Assembly (NCBI GenBank): GCA_964658305.1
Contig: OZ210885.1
Location: 19,840,001 to 19,904,000 of the forward strand
DNA from: Leptogorgia sarmentosa
Lineage: Eukaryota
Length of the DNA: 64,000 nucleotides
Direction: 5' to 3'
Both the position numbers and the translations under genes were made by a program. Positions 1-14,206 of this stretch are shown here, piece by piece. How positions within the stretch are numbered: position 1 is the first letter of the stretch; the number at the start of each line of letters is the position of its first letter. The notes under the pieces are model-generated. The model was given only the letters and a program-made list of their open reading frames with translations, made no database searches and had not been told where the DNA came from.

Positions 1-179
1 CCCACTTATAGACAATAATTGTGGATTTCCCCATCGACGATTTTGATTGGTCGTTAGTCAACTGTGTTTACAAATGCTTCGCTCTCATTGGTTAACATGT
101 TTCCCTAACACTTTCATACTTTTTATGTATTTTTTTTGCTTGGGGCTTTTTTGAAAGTACAGACGAAGTTTTTTTGAAA

Positions 180-1078
180 ATGTCGAGTGGACGAACTGTT
201 TGGGCTAACAAACCTGTAAGTATTTTTTCTAAAGTATTTTTGTTTTGTTGAATGTCTTTGTTGTGTTACATTATAGATATATTTTTTAATGCAGAAATAC
301 CTGTACGGTCAGTACGGACGTCTTAAATGATGTTTTTGTCCTCGAGGCTTTAAACAGCCCACGGCCGAGGCAAAGGTCTGTTCATAGACGACTGGAATTA
401 CCTCCCAACCCTTTCGAAGGTAAAGTTTTTTTTACATGTTTTTACCAAAAATATTTTACGCCAGCACCAATCAGTCCGTCGTACTCAGTATTTCAGTTTA
501 CATACGTACGGCGGGTTTTTCTCAACACGAAATAAAAATTACACAAAATGGTTTGCAATATTTATTAAATTATGCAAAAAAAAATTGATAAAAATGGACA
601 AGATGTTCCAATAGCACAAGGAAATTAAAACTATTACATGATATTTCAGACAAATATGAGGCTAATAACGAGACGAATGCTGACTTGTTGAAAGAAGTTC
701 GTGAGTTGAAAAACCGTTTGAGCGAGGTGAACAAGAGGCAAATAGATATGGAGAAAACATTGATGAAAATAAATAAAAAGCTGGACATGAAACAGTTTGA
801 CTTAGCCAAGTCAACACATGCTGTAAGTACACTTCATATCATAATAATTCAGAACAATTATTAAATAAACATTTAATGCAATGTCACATATTGTCAAATA
901 AACACAATTTGTTGTAACACATTCTGACTAATAGCTAAATCATTATATGTCCACCTAGGACCAACTTCGCCAAGAGTTCTCCAGTCCACCATATGGACTT
1001 TCTGTGGATGAGCTTCTTGCCAAGGCAGAAGCATTCGAAAAGGCCAAATTTACCTACTGGCGAGCTGAGGAAAGGAGG
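180..1078 (+). pseudogene. Putative small spliced gene or fragment, coiled-coil, function unknown (possibly a TE accessory gene)
   Basis: Short open segments bounded by GT/AG-like sites: ATG at 180 (MSSGRTVWANKP|gtaag), ~620-822 (LKLLHDISDKYEANNETNADLLKEVRELKNRLSEV...STHA|gtaagt) and 959-1078 (ag|DQLRQEFSSPPYGLSVDELLAKAEAFEKAKFTYWRAEERR|gtgag). No family recognised. Confidence 0.3.
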
Positions 1079-1446
1079 GTGAGCAGACATTTACCAGACA
1101 TTATTTCTACTTTCCAAATTATAATTAATATATTGTTTTTTACACCTTGCTTGCTGTTGATTTTTCCAGATCCTGGCAATAGGAACGTGGGCTGTTGTTG
1201 AACACTAATGCTGTATTTAATGATTTTTAAATGAGATACTTTCATTTTTCCACGATCGTACTACCCTCGCTTAAAATTCAAGTGGCAGGATGGCCGTTGG
1301 CACAGAATAACGACTTATTCTGTGGCCGTTGCGCGGAATATATAGCGATTCCATTGGTTGACACGACTGAATACTAATATCCAGTGACCTTTGTAATGAT
1401 ATTACCCATTTATCCATAAATTACCGTTTTAGTCCTTAACATTTTA

Positions 1447-1830
1447 CACGTGCAATTAAAAATATTCAACAATGTTGTTCATGCTTGTTTAAACAGCGTC
1501 GAACAAGTTGTGCATGCATTAACATTGTCCATGGTTGACAGAACAGTGCTTTTTTATCTTGTTGAGAGAACAATCTTGAACAATATTGTTTCAACAGCAA
1601 TAAACATGGTTGTTTCAACATTCCAGTTTTTACCTGTTCCAACATTCCAGTTTTTACCTGTTCCAACAACCTTGAACAACAATTGTTGGTTTGTCAATAT
1701 TGAACAATGTTGTTCAAACAGCAGCAAATACTACTGATGATTCAACAATGCTGTTCATTGTTGATAGCCGGGTTGTTGCAATATTGTTCAGCCAACAATG
1801 TTGCAACAAGTTGTTCAATTTTTTGGCGTG
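1447..1830. mobile_element. Non-autonomous CAC...GTG element (EnSpm/CMC-like MITE) built of TTGTT(C/G)AACA-type repeats
   Basis: Termini TA|CACG and CGTG|TA with imperfect TIR (CACG..AAAAAT..AACAA..TTGTT). The interior is rich in short palindromic ttgttcaacaa-like motifs and has a 24-bp tandem duplication (caacattccagtttttacctgttc) at ~1616-1666. Confidence 0.55.
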
Positions 1831-2537
1831 TAATGTGCAACTGGACGAAATTTTAAACTGGACCGCATTTTCGCACTAGAATAATAGATGAGAACAAATG
1901 TCATAAACTGCATTTTTTATGTTAGTTGCGTGATCGCTTTGACTACCCCTGGATCTGCCCCTGAAGCGACAAACAAATTCAAGGGCTTTTAAGGACCTAG
2001 AAAATAATAAAACAAAGACATTCAGTTGGTTATGTACATATTCTGTACAATACACAGTTAAACATATATTCAATAAACACATACCTTTTATCTGGGAATG
2101 TAAATGCAAGTTCATAATAATTGATATAATATTGATGCACACATTTCATGCACCACAAAAATGTCATTGTGCACACAGCCTTTCAACACCATTCATTTAT
2201 TTGTCAATCCTCAAACACATATGAAATGTGCAGGTCTCATTGACAACTTGGTGCATTGTCAGTAATGCACTCACTCTACATCTCGAAACACAACAAAAGT
2301 TGTACCAGGCGTCCTTCCTCTCAAAAATACAATGTATATATAACTGGTGTTTTTAAAATTAAATATGACTGGTGTTTTTTTAACTTTTTTTAATGAGGAT
2401 TATATCAATTATCTAATACACTTTGGGTAGAAGTGTCAAATGAAATCATCAATTCAGTTTGAAAGAAATAAAGATACTTTGCATAATCAAAATCTTTGTA
2501 CAGGATGATAAATCAATGAATCAGTGATAACATTGTA

Positions 2538-3890
2538 TTAATAGGTACGGACCTTGTCCTCGAAAGCACCAATGTGCCCAGGCTTCGCTGAAAACAACTG
2601 GTATTTGAATAGCACAAGTTTTGAAAACTGTTTACGTACTACCTTATCATGCATTGTTGCATCGCAGTAATCATGATCAGTGGCAGCTGGCACTCTCAGC
2701 TCCAAGTCATACCTCCTTGCGATGGCCACATCAGAAATTCCCGTGGGATGAGAGTCAATTTCGCATTGGTCTTGTATGCAGCTCAATATTTCCGTATCGT
2801 CTTGAGGAGTGCAGTTACCACGTCCTCCTTTGATGTTATGCCTCATCAATAGTTGCTTGTACGCAGATACGAACTGACGAGTCGTTGGGTTGTTTGTCCG
2901 CCCTCCTTACACTCGCACTGCCCCGAAGAATAAATCCAAGTGGTCTTGGCTCATCTTGTATGTCAGCAGGTACTTCAGGACTGGATTCTCCGCGTTCACG
3001 AGATCCTCTGCCAATCCCACAACAGCATCAATGCACAAAAGGAACCCAAGAAATCCTGTTTTCCTTTTTGATGCAAGGACATTTTTCTACCTTTGGATCA
3101 TTAGTAACTTTCAATCGTTTAATGTACTCGATAGCCTTATCTTATTATTCTTTGTATACTCAAAGTTGGATCGTCTAATTGGCACCTTGTAGTTTCTCGC
3201 CAGTGGGTTTCTAGAATTCAATACATCAAAAAGATGATCAAACATGCAGATGAATTTGACAGTTGCTTCACACCCTTTAAATTGTGGCAGATTCAGCTTA
3301 CCTGCAACACTCAAACTGATTGCCTGTGCCACTAAGTTTACCTTAATTTTTTTTGCCCTCCATTTTATATGGGCCGGTCAGAGTTTATTTGCGAGATGCA
3401 AACCTTAGGTTTCCTGTAATCGCTGCAATTCTTTCAGATATTGCCACTTGATGGCCTTGCCTTCTTTATCGTACAAGATTCGCCAATCCGATATGGTATT
3501 TCTCACAAACTTTATCATGTGGCACATGTCTAAAAATATATAGATCTTTGCCTCTGGGTCACAAGGATGTTTAAAGTATGCTTGCAAATTATCGGGTGAT
3601 AATTTAGCACCAAGCAACGTCAGCATCACCTGGTGGGTCGTAGGACCATCGCACGTAAACGACACAACTTTCACGCCTACTTTGTGCAACTAGGTAATGC
3701 ACTCTTTGGTCAAGTTAGCTTTATCTGGACTGGAAAATACCTGCATGGTACTTTCCAACTAGAGTTAACCGCCTCACTGCCATAAATATGAGGGCATCTG
3801 TTGCTTCAGGCAACAAGTCGTTGTTTATGCCTGTACCAAGGTCAACATAGCCACGGAATTGCTTACCATCCCACTCGACATGTTTACGTA
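2538..3890 (-). pseudogene. Degenerate P-element/THAP9-like transposase (core and C-terminal part)
   Basis: Motifs across frameshifted pieces: RKHVEWDGKQFRGYVDLG, VVSFTCDGPTTH, IFLDMCHMIKFVRN (DxxH), AQAISLSVA, FDHLFDVLNSRN, QDHLDLFFGAVR..NNPT..QF..AYKQLL. Several stops and frameshifts. Confidence 0.85.
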
Positions 3891-4241
3891 CAAGAATGAA
3901 TGACTGTAGTATACTAGCATATGTTTTAGTAAATGGTTTATTGATAGAATTTAGAAACCTTATTTTATTTATATTCATATATTAGTTACCCTGGTCCCAG
4001 AGGCTCTACGCCGTCGGGGTGTCACGATGCGGAAAAGCGGACGCGGCGAAAGAACCTCTGGTGACACCCGTTGAGAATTGCACTTTCATACACATTAATT
4101 TAATTAACTCTCAGCCAATCAACTGCAACACTATTCGTGTACAAAAAAGCGCACGAGGGTGGGGTGGGCAATATTACTAAAGCAGAAATTGACAAGTTGC
4201 AATTATTGCAATTAGAAAGTTATTCGCATTTATGATGATAA

Positions 4242-7200
4242 ATGGATAAAGAAACTCCTAAAAAAGTGCTGAAGGGAACGACTGCAAACAAATTTTGTCG
4301 TATTTGTCGAGTGGATATTAAAGGACACGGTCGTTCATGCGTTAACATTTTTGGGCCGAAGGGTAGAAATGAAAAGATACCAGAACGTCTTTCTGTGGTT
4401 GTGGACGAAGAAATCAAGAATGCTTCGGGAGTATCCGAGAATGTTTGCCAAAAATGCTATCGCGATTTTCTGAAGTTTTCGATTTTCAGTCGAGTCTGAA
4501 ACGCAAGAACGCGACCATGAGCGTGTGAAGAGATGTGCCAAAGACTCGCCCACTGCCAGTCTGGGATATGAGGATAAGAGATTGCGTCCATCTTCCCAAA
4601 AGTCACATTTTTGTCGACAGAGACTTTTTGCTGAAAGAGAAACGTTTCAAGCTGAAATGCAATCAACTGAAGTTGAACAACCTCCAATTGTAAGTTTGTT
4701 TCTTCTTTACCAATGCGAAATGTATTTGTTGTTTTCACGAAACGCCCAATCTCAATTTAGTAAGAAATAAAACTAAAAATCATATGGAATCATATACAGA
4801 TTGAGAAACACAGTTTCATGTTTTATAGAGTGCACCACGTCAACAACAACAGGCCTGCTGCACAGCGTCACAACCACCGACAACAACTGGTGCGACTTTT
4901 AAATTGCTACTTCCAAGACCAATGGCAATTACAACAAATCTACCCGAAGAAACGGAAAGTGTTGAGGCAGACAAAGAGAATTTTATGTATTCTTTTTCAA
5001 AAGATCTAACCGAGTGTACTCGAAGTGATACAAAAACGCAGGTAATTGTCATTATGTAAAGTTATATTGTAAACATCTTAGTAGTATGTATTGGTTTAGT
5101 TTTGTTTAATTTTCAATGTAAATTTATGATGATTTCTGACCTTTATCAAGATACTAAACCATAAGCCATCACCTAACACCTATAAGCCACCTTGACAGTT
5201 GACATTGCTTTCACTGCTTCAGCCTTCTTCGGAAGTGTCAGACAGTTATATACATGTATGACTGCTCCAAGAAACATACTGTAGTGGTCAGACGTGTATT
5301 TCTAATAGGAAGACCCAACAGTTGCCTTTCATACATAATTGGTTCATTTGACTATAAAAATCCCCTGTCCTATATTACGACCTATTTGGTTACTTCTGAA
5401 GTAAATAAACTTTAAATAAATTATAAATATATTATCATTTATCATAAAATCCAGTGCCTATTGTATTTTGTAATTTGTAGAGTGTTGAATCAATACCATG
5501 ATAATTTTCTAACTCTGGTCAATATTAACTGTCTATGCTGCCCAAATCCTTAAAATCCTTATAATTGTAATCCTATTGTAATCCTATATTGTCTAGCTGT
5601 TCCCATACTAACCAAGCTGACTTAAAGTGTCCATCATGTATCCATGTGTACAACATTGAACTTAGAAAGTAATTATTCTTTCAGCCATGTACACTGTATC
5701 CTCTACATAATGGTTTTACAACAGTAATACAGGTATGTAAAATTAACATACTGTAACTCTAAACTTTCATAGGTTATAATCCACTATCCAAAGTCAACCC
5801 TTACTAAAGACATCAAGGATGAATGTGAAGCAAAAATAATTCGCCAGATTGCTGTTAAAGAGTACAAGTTTGCAGCAAATGCACTTTGGAAGCACAAAGA
5901 ACTGAAACAAGCTATAACATTGAAACTGTATGAAGATATACAACACGAAAGCCAGTTACTTTGCAGTGATAAAAATCCAACACTTCTCAAAAAATGCAAT
6001 GCTGAGGATTTGATTGAACTTTCCAATGAAAAGATAGTGGCTGAGATTAAATCACTTGCACCAGTACTATATGGTTGTTTACATGAAGTTACTTGCAGCA
6101 AACAAAAGCAAAAGAGAGAACTTATGACAGGGAAATCAACAAATATTGTAGAAGCTATTGCTATCGCCTCATCTATACTTTTACGATGGCGTTGTGAAAG
6201 GATGTCAGCACTGGCTTATCGTTTCTCAATTGGAGTTCTGTGGCACAATGGCACAAAAAAACAGGTGCAATACAATACAACGTACATACAACATTAGCCT
6301 TATACTCTACAACCTGACTAATTATTGAAAACTGTTGACTGCTAAACAAGTTGAGGCTATGTAGATGTACTGTCATTTTATGAAATACAGTGCCAGTATA
6401 TCAACTCCTTGCTTCTCTTCTATTGATAACTGAAGGGTTTGCTTGAACAATTAGGCTAGTACATAACTAATATGGATACATCCTTTCAATAGCAAAGGAG
6501 CCACATTCCCCATCCTATGAATTAGCTAGGTCAAACACACTTTGTCTTGACAATGACATAACTATACTGAGCTCATTAGGCCAAGGAACCATTTGTGTCA
6601 TAACCATAAAAGGATGGTCAAGTAATCCTCCAATAACAGTTCATTAAATTTTATTTTTTATTAGGGGTATGAACGAGCCAACAAGTATGGGATATCTGTC
6701 AGCCATAAAAGTACTCTAAGGAAGCTTGATGAAATGGGGCTAAATTTTGATTTACCAGTCAAAAGTTGGCGAACTGCAATTGAAGAACATTATGCAAATT
6801 CTCAGATGTGCGAGAAACATCCTTCTGATAATGCCATGGATATAGATGGTAATTCTGATGAGAGTACCAACAGTGGTGAAGTGGATATGGTTACAAAGAA
6901 ATGTGAAGAGGCTAGACCTCCCAGTTATCAAATCATTGGGGATAATGTAAAACAAAACATATGGGAAAAGACAGGCAAAATGTCAGCATTCACTGGTTTG
7001 GTTTAAATGCAGCGCAGAACCGTGTGCATGGGGTGGACAATTCTTTGGATACTGCGAGAGATATTTTGCAAATTAAGAACTCTGAGTTTCTGCCCTCCAT
7101 TGAAGAAAATCATAGCCTGCTCCATGATTTTATCCCACTGGTTGCAAGAGTTGTTGCAAAAAGAGTACCTGCTTTTGAGTGTTTTGGTGATGCTGTTGTG

Positions 7201-9530
7201 AAACATATACCTCATCAGTACTCAGAGGCAATGAAAATGAAATCAGTCCAGGTTAGTAAATTATGCAGTAGGCCTGGCCAGTAATATTCATCCAGCTATT
7301 TTATCCCACATTATCTCTAACAATATAAACATCCCAACAATGTAATTTAACCTAATGATATTTAAGGTTGGGGCTGGGGTTTTGTTATAGGTAATTTTGG
7401 AGAAAATTGTTTGTCTTAAACCTGTAAAATCAGGTAGATGTTTACATTGACAGGAAGTGGTTAAATTAATGCAACAACTCATTATCATTTAGGTTCCACT
7501 TGGCTTGGTTTTCAAAAATGAGAATTTGAATGATGCAGTTGTTCAAATATTAGATGCAGTTCAAGATGAGTATGTCCCAAAAAAGAAAGTCCAAAGTAAT
7601 TCTGAAACCAATGTGGATATAATAGAACCGATATTGTTTGGTGGGGATCAGCTTACGGAAGAACGAGCAAGAAATGGTCAAGCTGCTCGAGCTGATGGGG
7701 ATACAGATTTGGAGAAGCTCAGGGGTCTTGTCCCAAAAGTGGAAGTCTGGCATGCCATTCGTCTATTGTACCAGGTACAAAAATTTATGTACAAAATGTT
7801 ACAAATATTTCTCTGTTGGTATAGTACATGGTATAACCATATTCTACCTGCTTATAGCACACTGCTAGAGTGCTATTATTTATAGTGAACTTTCTTAGGG
7901 TGGTGATTTAACTAAAATGAAATAAATAAACAATTTCAAAGTCCAACTGGGAGCAGTTGCAAGATATGTATCTGCTGTACATAGTTCTCCAGCAGGGGTC
8001 ATAATCAGCAATATCTGAATATACACAGTCTACCAAAAATGCAACTGCAAGCCAGAGGGTTTACAGTTGCATTTTCCTTAGTCTACTGCTTCTGCTTGAA
8101 ATTGTGCTAGTTTCATTCACTTACTACACAAAGAAAATTCACTATTAGCATTGTAGTAATAACACGAGTGAAGTGCCAAGCATGTGTTATAATTAAACTT
8201 TATTACTGCGAGGTTCAATAACAATTAGTCTCATATTTAGATCAATGGGTACAGTCTGTTAGCACATCATTAACATCAAAAATAGACATTTATGACAAAT
8301 GATGGCAATTGTCTATCAATTATCTTGTTATATTACAAGGACTAGTGAAAATAAACATATATTATTTTGCAGGTGATGTACGATATGTTGTTTGATGCAC
8401 ATTCCGCAAATGACCCTGGCAGCATGTGTTCTAACATGAATGTGACTGATAACATCAATGCCAAAACAAAAAATGTATTGGATAACTTCAATTATTGCAA
8501 AGATTTTGTAAAGCTCGAAACAGATGCCTTCATAGTTGCCGCAACAATGGACTTTTTTGATATGACAGAACTGAATACAGATGTAGTCCCCAAAGAAGTG
8601 AAAGGTGCTGCTAAGAATGTAAAGAGACTTTGGCTCCATAGTCGCATTAAAATTTTGTTACAGAAACATATCATGGGTCAGCAACAAACAGAAATTGAGC
8701 AGATGGTTGAAGGCGTGGCAAAAGCTAATCTACCTGCACAGAGTCAGCAATTTAACTGCCGTGGATGTGGCAAAGTGTGCAAAGAAACTCATGAAAAGAA
8801 GCACCATCCAGAACTCCAACTTGAAAACCAGGAGCCATTACAGATGAATAAGAAAAGTAATGAAGAGGAAGATCCTAAGGATCACATTTACAATTATGCC
8901 TGTGTTAGATTAAGCCTTGGTTTGCTCATTAGAAATTTTGAAGATGCAGTAAAAGAAGGAGATGGTGCACGAATAATAAGATGTTTGAAGTTCATGATGC
9001 TCATTTTTAAAGCACATAATCATGGGAAATATGCATATGCTGCATTACAACTCCAAGCGCAGGTAAAATGTTTGCTCCCTCCAGAAATAGCACATTTATT
9101 AGTATGGAACAGATGTGTAAATAACAAAGGTGGGGCTGGAAAAAACATTCCACTTGACCTACGCATGGAACATATTGTACGTTTGTTGAAAGATTTATTA
9201 TCAAACATGGGTCCCAACTTGACAGAAAAAGCTGCATTGCGTTGCAGCCGTGCTGTGAACCCAGTAGAAAAAATCCTGGAGTCAATTGATGCTGAACTTG
9301 ATATTCGTCTACCTTCTGGAAAACACACCGCTGCACGCACAGAGAAAGATTTTCAGCTGCTTGTACACCAGTTGCACAAAGAAGGCAAAGTATTTGCATT
9401 TTTGCCTGAGGGCAATAGGCAGTATATATCTTTTCCAAATTTTAAAAGGAACATTTTAGGGAAATTTAACTACATGCTATTAAATAAATGGATAAACATA
9501 CATAAAAAGCAGTGGTCAGAAAAAATTTGA
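4242..9530 (+). pseudogene. Multi-exon Academ-type transposase (DUF6589-like), with stops/frameshifts in the 5' exons
   Basis: N-terminal C4 Zn module (CRIC...CQKC). Exons near 5773-6263, 6665-7251, 7492-7774 and 8373-9530 carry YQIIGDN, GGDQLT, VEVWHA, DAVKEGDGARI, H.KYAY, WNRCVN..G..GKNIPLDLRMEH. Confidence 0.75.
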
Positions 9531-10229
9531 AAATTTGAAGACAATATTGTGTAATGCTATATAAACACAACACTATGACATGTGAGGTTGGTATAAAGTA
9601 AGGCATAATACTGTGTTATTTTGCAGATAATTTATGTGTAGATATAACACTAGCCTCTTATGCAGAGTTTTACTGTATATTTGTTTAGATATGACTGTAC
9701 ATTTGTATTGTAACTATTTTACTGTTTTTGGAAGCAAATGTGATTTGATATAAAAATAAACTAACAGTCATCTACATCACTGTCATCTGATGAATCTGAA
9801 ATTTCATATTGTCCTCCATATTCTAAGTCATTCACTGCCTTGCAAGCATGTTGTTGTTCAAGTGGACAAACAACATCTATTGTAGAAATATCCTCAAACA
9901 CATCTTCAATCATCTTTAAAATGGCAACAGCATGATCAATTTTAAATATAGGAAGATTGTTTAAAATATAATCTAATGTGAATATAAATTTAGCGTTTTT
10001 TATCACAGCATTAATTAATGATTTGGTAAACCCACTTGCACATTCTTGTCCAAAATACGATGGTCCTCCTTCAGATTGTTCAGCTTTTTGGTATGGGGCG
10101 CCGAACTAGTCAATATTCTAATTGAATATATTTGGTACATTAAACTTTATATTTGGTCAACTTCTTTACCTTTTTTGCTATTTTCTGGGGGTTTTCCGAG
10201 GTTTTTACTTTTTATGTGCTGTATTCATG

Positions 10230-10334
10230 TTTTTATATGCCCAACTACTTTTTATATGCTCAACTACTTTTTATATGCTCAACTACTTTTTATATGCTCA
10301 ACTACTTTTTATATGCCCAACTACTTTTTATATA
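10230..10334 (+). repeat. 19-bp tandem array (TTTTTATATGCYCAACTAC), 5 copies plus a partial one, inner part of the left TIR
   Basis: Read directly from the sequence. Confidence 0.95.
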
Positions 10335-10414
10335 CTTTATCCGGTATAAAAAGTCAAGAAAAATTCGATGCTTCCATTGCCGCCGCCAAATTCGCTAACG
10401 CAACCGAATTAAAG

Positions 10415-12624
10415 ATGGCGGCAAGAAACTTCGAAGACATTTCATCGGCTTGCGAAGTAGCTGCCCAAGCACTACAAGCTATAGGCAATTTAAGAAATCC
10501 TGACATCCGAAACTTAGCAGAATCAACTGCTACTAACAGCAACTCAAGTAGTTCAAGTAGTTCAAGTACACTGACTACTGGAACTGGTGGAAGTATCTCG
10601 GCATTTGCTGCTGAGCTCGGACAGAGATTTCCTACATTTAATGCTTCCATTAATAGTCGGAGTTCCGTTAGAAAGAACCACAAAAAGCGAAAGTCCAACA
10701 ATAACACTCCAAATGCATCGAGTGGATCTGGTACAAAGATTGGGCGCCCTTCTAAGTCTGTTATTCACAAAGACTTAGTTATTATACCGAATCCTGATAC
10801 CAAGCAAGTGCCAAGTCATTCTAGCAAAGTCAAGCTGGAAGAAAGAGAGTTGATCATTCACGAATTCCCTTTTAACAAAGGATGGACACCTCTAGAACTC
10901 CGAGAAAACGTTGAAAAACAACTTCCAAAAAACGTTCCATTTCAGTTTATGAAGGTAAGATGTGTGGCATTTAACGGAAAAACAATTGAATTTCCTGCTA
11001 GGCTGCTAGCTAACTATTAAACCATAACTTAACCCTATAGCTTTACTCATTTAAATTAACTGAATATGGGTTTAATATAACTTAATAACTTTTATTCATT
11101 TTCAGTGTATATGTATGATTAGATTATTGTTCACTGTGCAACTAGTAATAGTACCAATCTTGGGTTGTATAGGCTTGTTATGGGACGCTTGTTGTTCCGA
11201 AACTTGCAGAAGGTGTTAGAATGAATGGTGAAAGAATAATAAAATTCGCAGGCCAAGGAAGTGTGTACATACGATGTTTGGAACCCCTTGAAGAGGAGGA
11301 TGATGAAGATCTGGAGCTATTACAACCAGTTTTTTCTGATGATGATGCCTTGGAAAGCCAAGTGACTGCCGAAATTCTTTCTTCTCCTGATGAAGTGACA
11401 GTGACACAACCTGCCACCACCTCACAAGATATTTCATACCACATTCCAGAAGAATTACCTACATTCAATCATGAAGAGGAAATACCTGTATTTGAAGATG
11501 ATGAAATACCAGCAATATATTTGGAAGAACAACTCACTGCTAGTATTGATAATATTATTGTAGATAGCAATGATAGCTCAACACCTGCATTTAGTTCCAA
11601 TCCAACTACAAATCATCAGGAAATGCCAATAAGGATCATCAAGGTACGCAGGTCTCTTATTAGGGAAGATATGCTTCAAATATTTTCTGATCCATCCATA
11701 CTGAATGCTAGTTTGTTTGCAGTAATCATTAATCAACTAGGTCATCAGGAAGTTGGGGAAGGCACAGGGGTCTTGACGGAAGTGTTTTCTTTGTTTTGGA
11801 AAGAGTCTTATGAGTCATACATGTTGGGTGAGACTGAGAGAGTTCCGTATATCAGACATGATTTTAACAGGGGAAAATGGGAAGCTGTTGGGAGAATACT
11901 CGTGAAAGGGTACATTGATTGCCGCTATTTTCCGTATCGGTTAAGCAAAGTTTTCTTTATTGCATGTCTTTTTGGCGAAAGTAATGTGACCAGCCAAATG
12001 CTGCATGATTCATTTAAGCATTACTTGTCTTATTCGGAAGCTGGTATAGTAGATGCATGTTTGAATAATAACATTAGTTGTGAAGATGACGAGTTGCTTG
12101 AGTTTTTGTCAGCATTCGATTGTAAGCGAAGAATTACGGAAAATAATATGAAAGATATAATCACTGAGGTTGCCCATAAAGAAATAATACAAAAACCCCA
12201 GTATGTAGCTGATTGTTGGGGATTGATTGTATCTGACTTCAAAAAGTATTTTCCAGATGTTTGCTCCATTAACAAATTGTATGAGTCTATTGTGCCAACT
12301 AATGTTAAAGTTATTTCCATTCTTCAAGCAAGTCCAGTAACCCCAGCTGAGGGGGAAACTTTAGCCCACATCAAGAGGTTTATTAGAGGTTTAGATGAGG
12401 GAAAGCTTGCTACATTCTTAAGATTTACTACTGCGTCTGATATGCTCCTAACTGATACTCTGAAAATAGTTTTTAACAGTTACGAGGGCCTTCAGAGAAG
12501 ACCGGTTGCTCATACATGTGGTTATACTCTTGAGGTACCAAGCACATATTCAAGCTTTTGTGAGCTAAGAGAGGAGTTTATGGGAATTTTAAGTGCAGAT
12601 GGGTGGGAAATGAATATAGTTTAA
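10415..12624 (+). CDS. Two-exon HECT-domain E3 ubiquitin ligase-like protein (G2E3-like HECT), ~663 aa, cargo of the IS3EU element
   Basis: Exon 1 10415-10954 (MAARNFED...FQFMK|gtaag), phase-0 intron, exon 2 11173-12624 (ag|ACYGTL...), open throughout. HECT motifs GEGTGVLTEVFSLFW, LATFLRFTTAS and catalytic RPVAHTCGYTLEVPSTY. Confidence 0.85.
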
Positions 12625-12913
12625 AAGACGTATACAGCGAACTTGTAGTTTTTGTTCATATAGAAGGTTAGCTGGTAATTATGCTGTTGATTTTAAACTT
12701 TATAATCACCCAAGTTTTGATATTAAATGTGCAATTATTGTACTTCACACAATGTTAATGTTAATGTTAATGTACCTAAAAGAAACAGTTTCAAATTAAG
12801 GCTTAAACATTCATACAATGTCTTGTATAACAGTGTAACCTGTTGTGTTCATAATAAAGTTTGAGGTTTTGTTTTTTCTCCATGTCTGTACTTTGATTAG
12901 CAATCTAACTCTA

Positions 12914-13725
12914 CAGGGTGTATAAAAAAAAACGCAATCCTACGTTCAAATGCAATTTTCATAACGACAAGTATTAGAAAATAGGCTATATTTACCACCG
13001 TTAGAAAGCTCTATCATTCCGCTTTCTTAAGACTGCTTGTTTGTTAAATTTGAGTTGGAAATGAGCGAGTAATGATATTTTTAGTAAGTGTGATTGGACA
13101 ATTTAAAATTTGAGATAGCTTGAATTTATTAAAAATTTAACTTTAGTTGGTTACAATCATTCAACGTGGCCTGGCTTTCTCACCACACACAAATCACTTC
13201 GACGTTGCATTTCCCGTGCAACTCTTCTTATTAGTTCATGATTTCCATGTAAAGCATCTGCTTCAAGCTGTATCTGCCGGTATTTAAGTACGTTACGCCA
13301 AACGGTCGTCGAATTTGGGACTTGTCGATCCGGGAAAGCTATTCGAAACAATCTTAAAACTTCCTGAATACTTTTTGTTACAAAGTAACCTTCAACAATA
13401 AAAGTTATTTCTGCTGTAGTGAGCTGTGGCATGATGCTTAAGACTTTAAAATTATTTCGCGAAAATATTTCAAACAAAATATTCGCATGCAACGATAACG
13501 TTCCCTTCGGAATTAAGAACGTCGAATTCGAAGCATCTAAAAATGACTGCTTGCAGTAAATCACTTATTTTGAAGTCCTAAATGGCCTAAAAAGTCACAA
13601 TCGACCACTTATTGAGTAGAAAAAAGATAGGGCTAAAACATGAACTAAAAGTTAAGACATGGAAATCTATATTATTTTGGTTATAAAGCCTTAAACTTGG
13701 ATTGCGTTTTTTTTTATACACCCTG
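12914..13725 (-). mobile_element. Internally deleted Tc1/mariner-superfamily element (812 bp)
   Basis: TA|CAGGGTGTATAAAAAAAAACGCAATCC ... GGATTGCGTTTTTTTTTATACACCCTG|TA. ORF 13157-13564 joins an N-terminal HTH (FIVEGYFVTKSIQEVLRLFRIAFPDRQVP, DUF4817-like) directly to a transposase C-terminus (RRSDLCVVRKPGHVE). The catalytic core is missing. Confidence 0.85.
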
Positions 13726-14206
13726 TATATGGGTGTTCATGTATTACCAAGTACCAACGCAACCAAAGGTCACTCACGATCGGTCCCCGGTTTGTATTTT
13801 TGCAACACACAAGGCAATATGTATAAACAACACAAAAAATGACCGAATAACTTCATTATGTAAAATTTTGTCAACTTTTAGAGATATTTGTAAGCAAGTG
13901 CGATATTCAAAGATTGTACTTGTGACTTCAGTCTGCAATTTCCCCGGTATATAGGTATTGTAAGTCTACAAGAAATACATCACTATGCATATAGCCATGT
14001 AGCCTGCGTACAGACGCTTGGGGTCAAAATGAGGTAGTCTAATAGCCATGATAAGCATTATATTTGTATACGTAGAAACCACGTGATGCTTTTAAAAATA
14101 TTTTTAGTGATGTCACAAATCAGGTTTAGAAAACAGGGCGCGACGTCTATCCAAGTTTTTCCAACGTCGAATTGACTGTTAAATACATCCATTTTACGGC
14201 TACAAG

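Noticed and set aside
1945..1963. CTGGATCTGCCCCTG, same as the hAT TIR at 29039-29053
   Set aside because: Solo end with no partner or TSD in the window.
10046..10414. Hydrophobic repetitive ORF starts (FYMLNYFLYAQLLFICSTT) here and at 15720-16150
   Set aside because: They are translations of the TIR and 19-bp array in rotating frames. The real gene most likely starts at ATG 10415.
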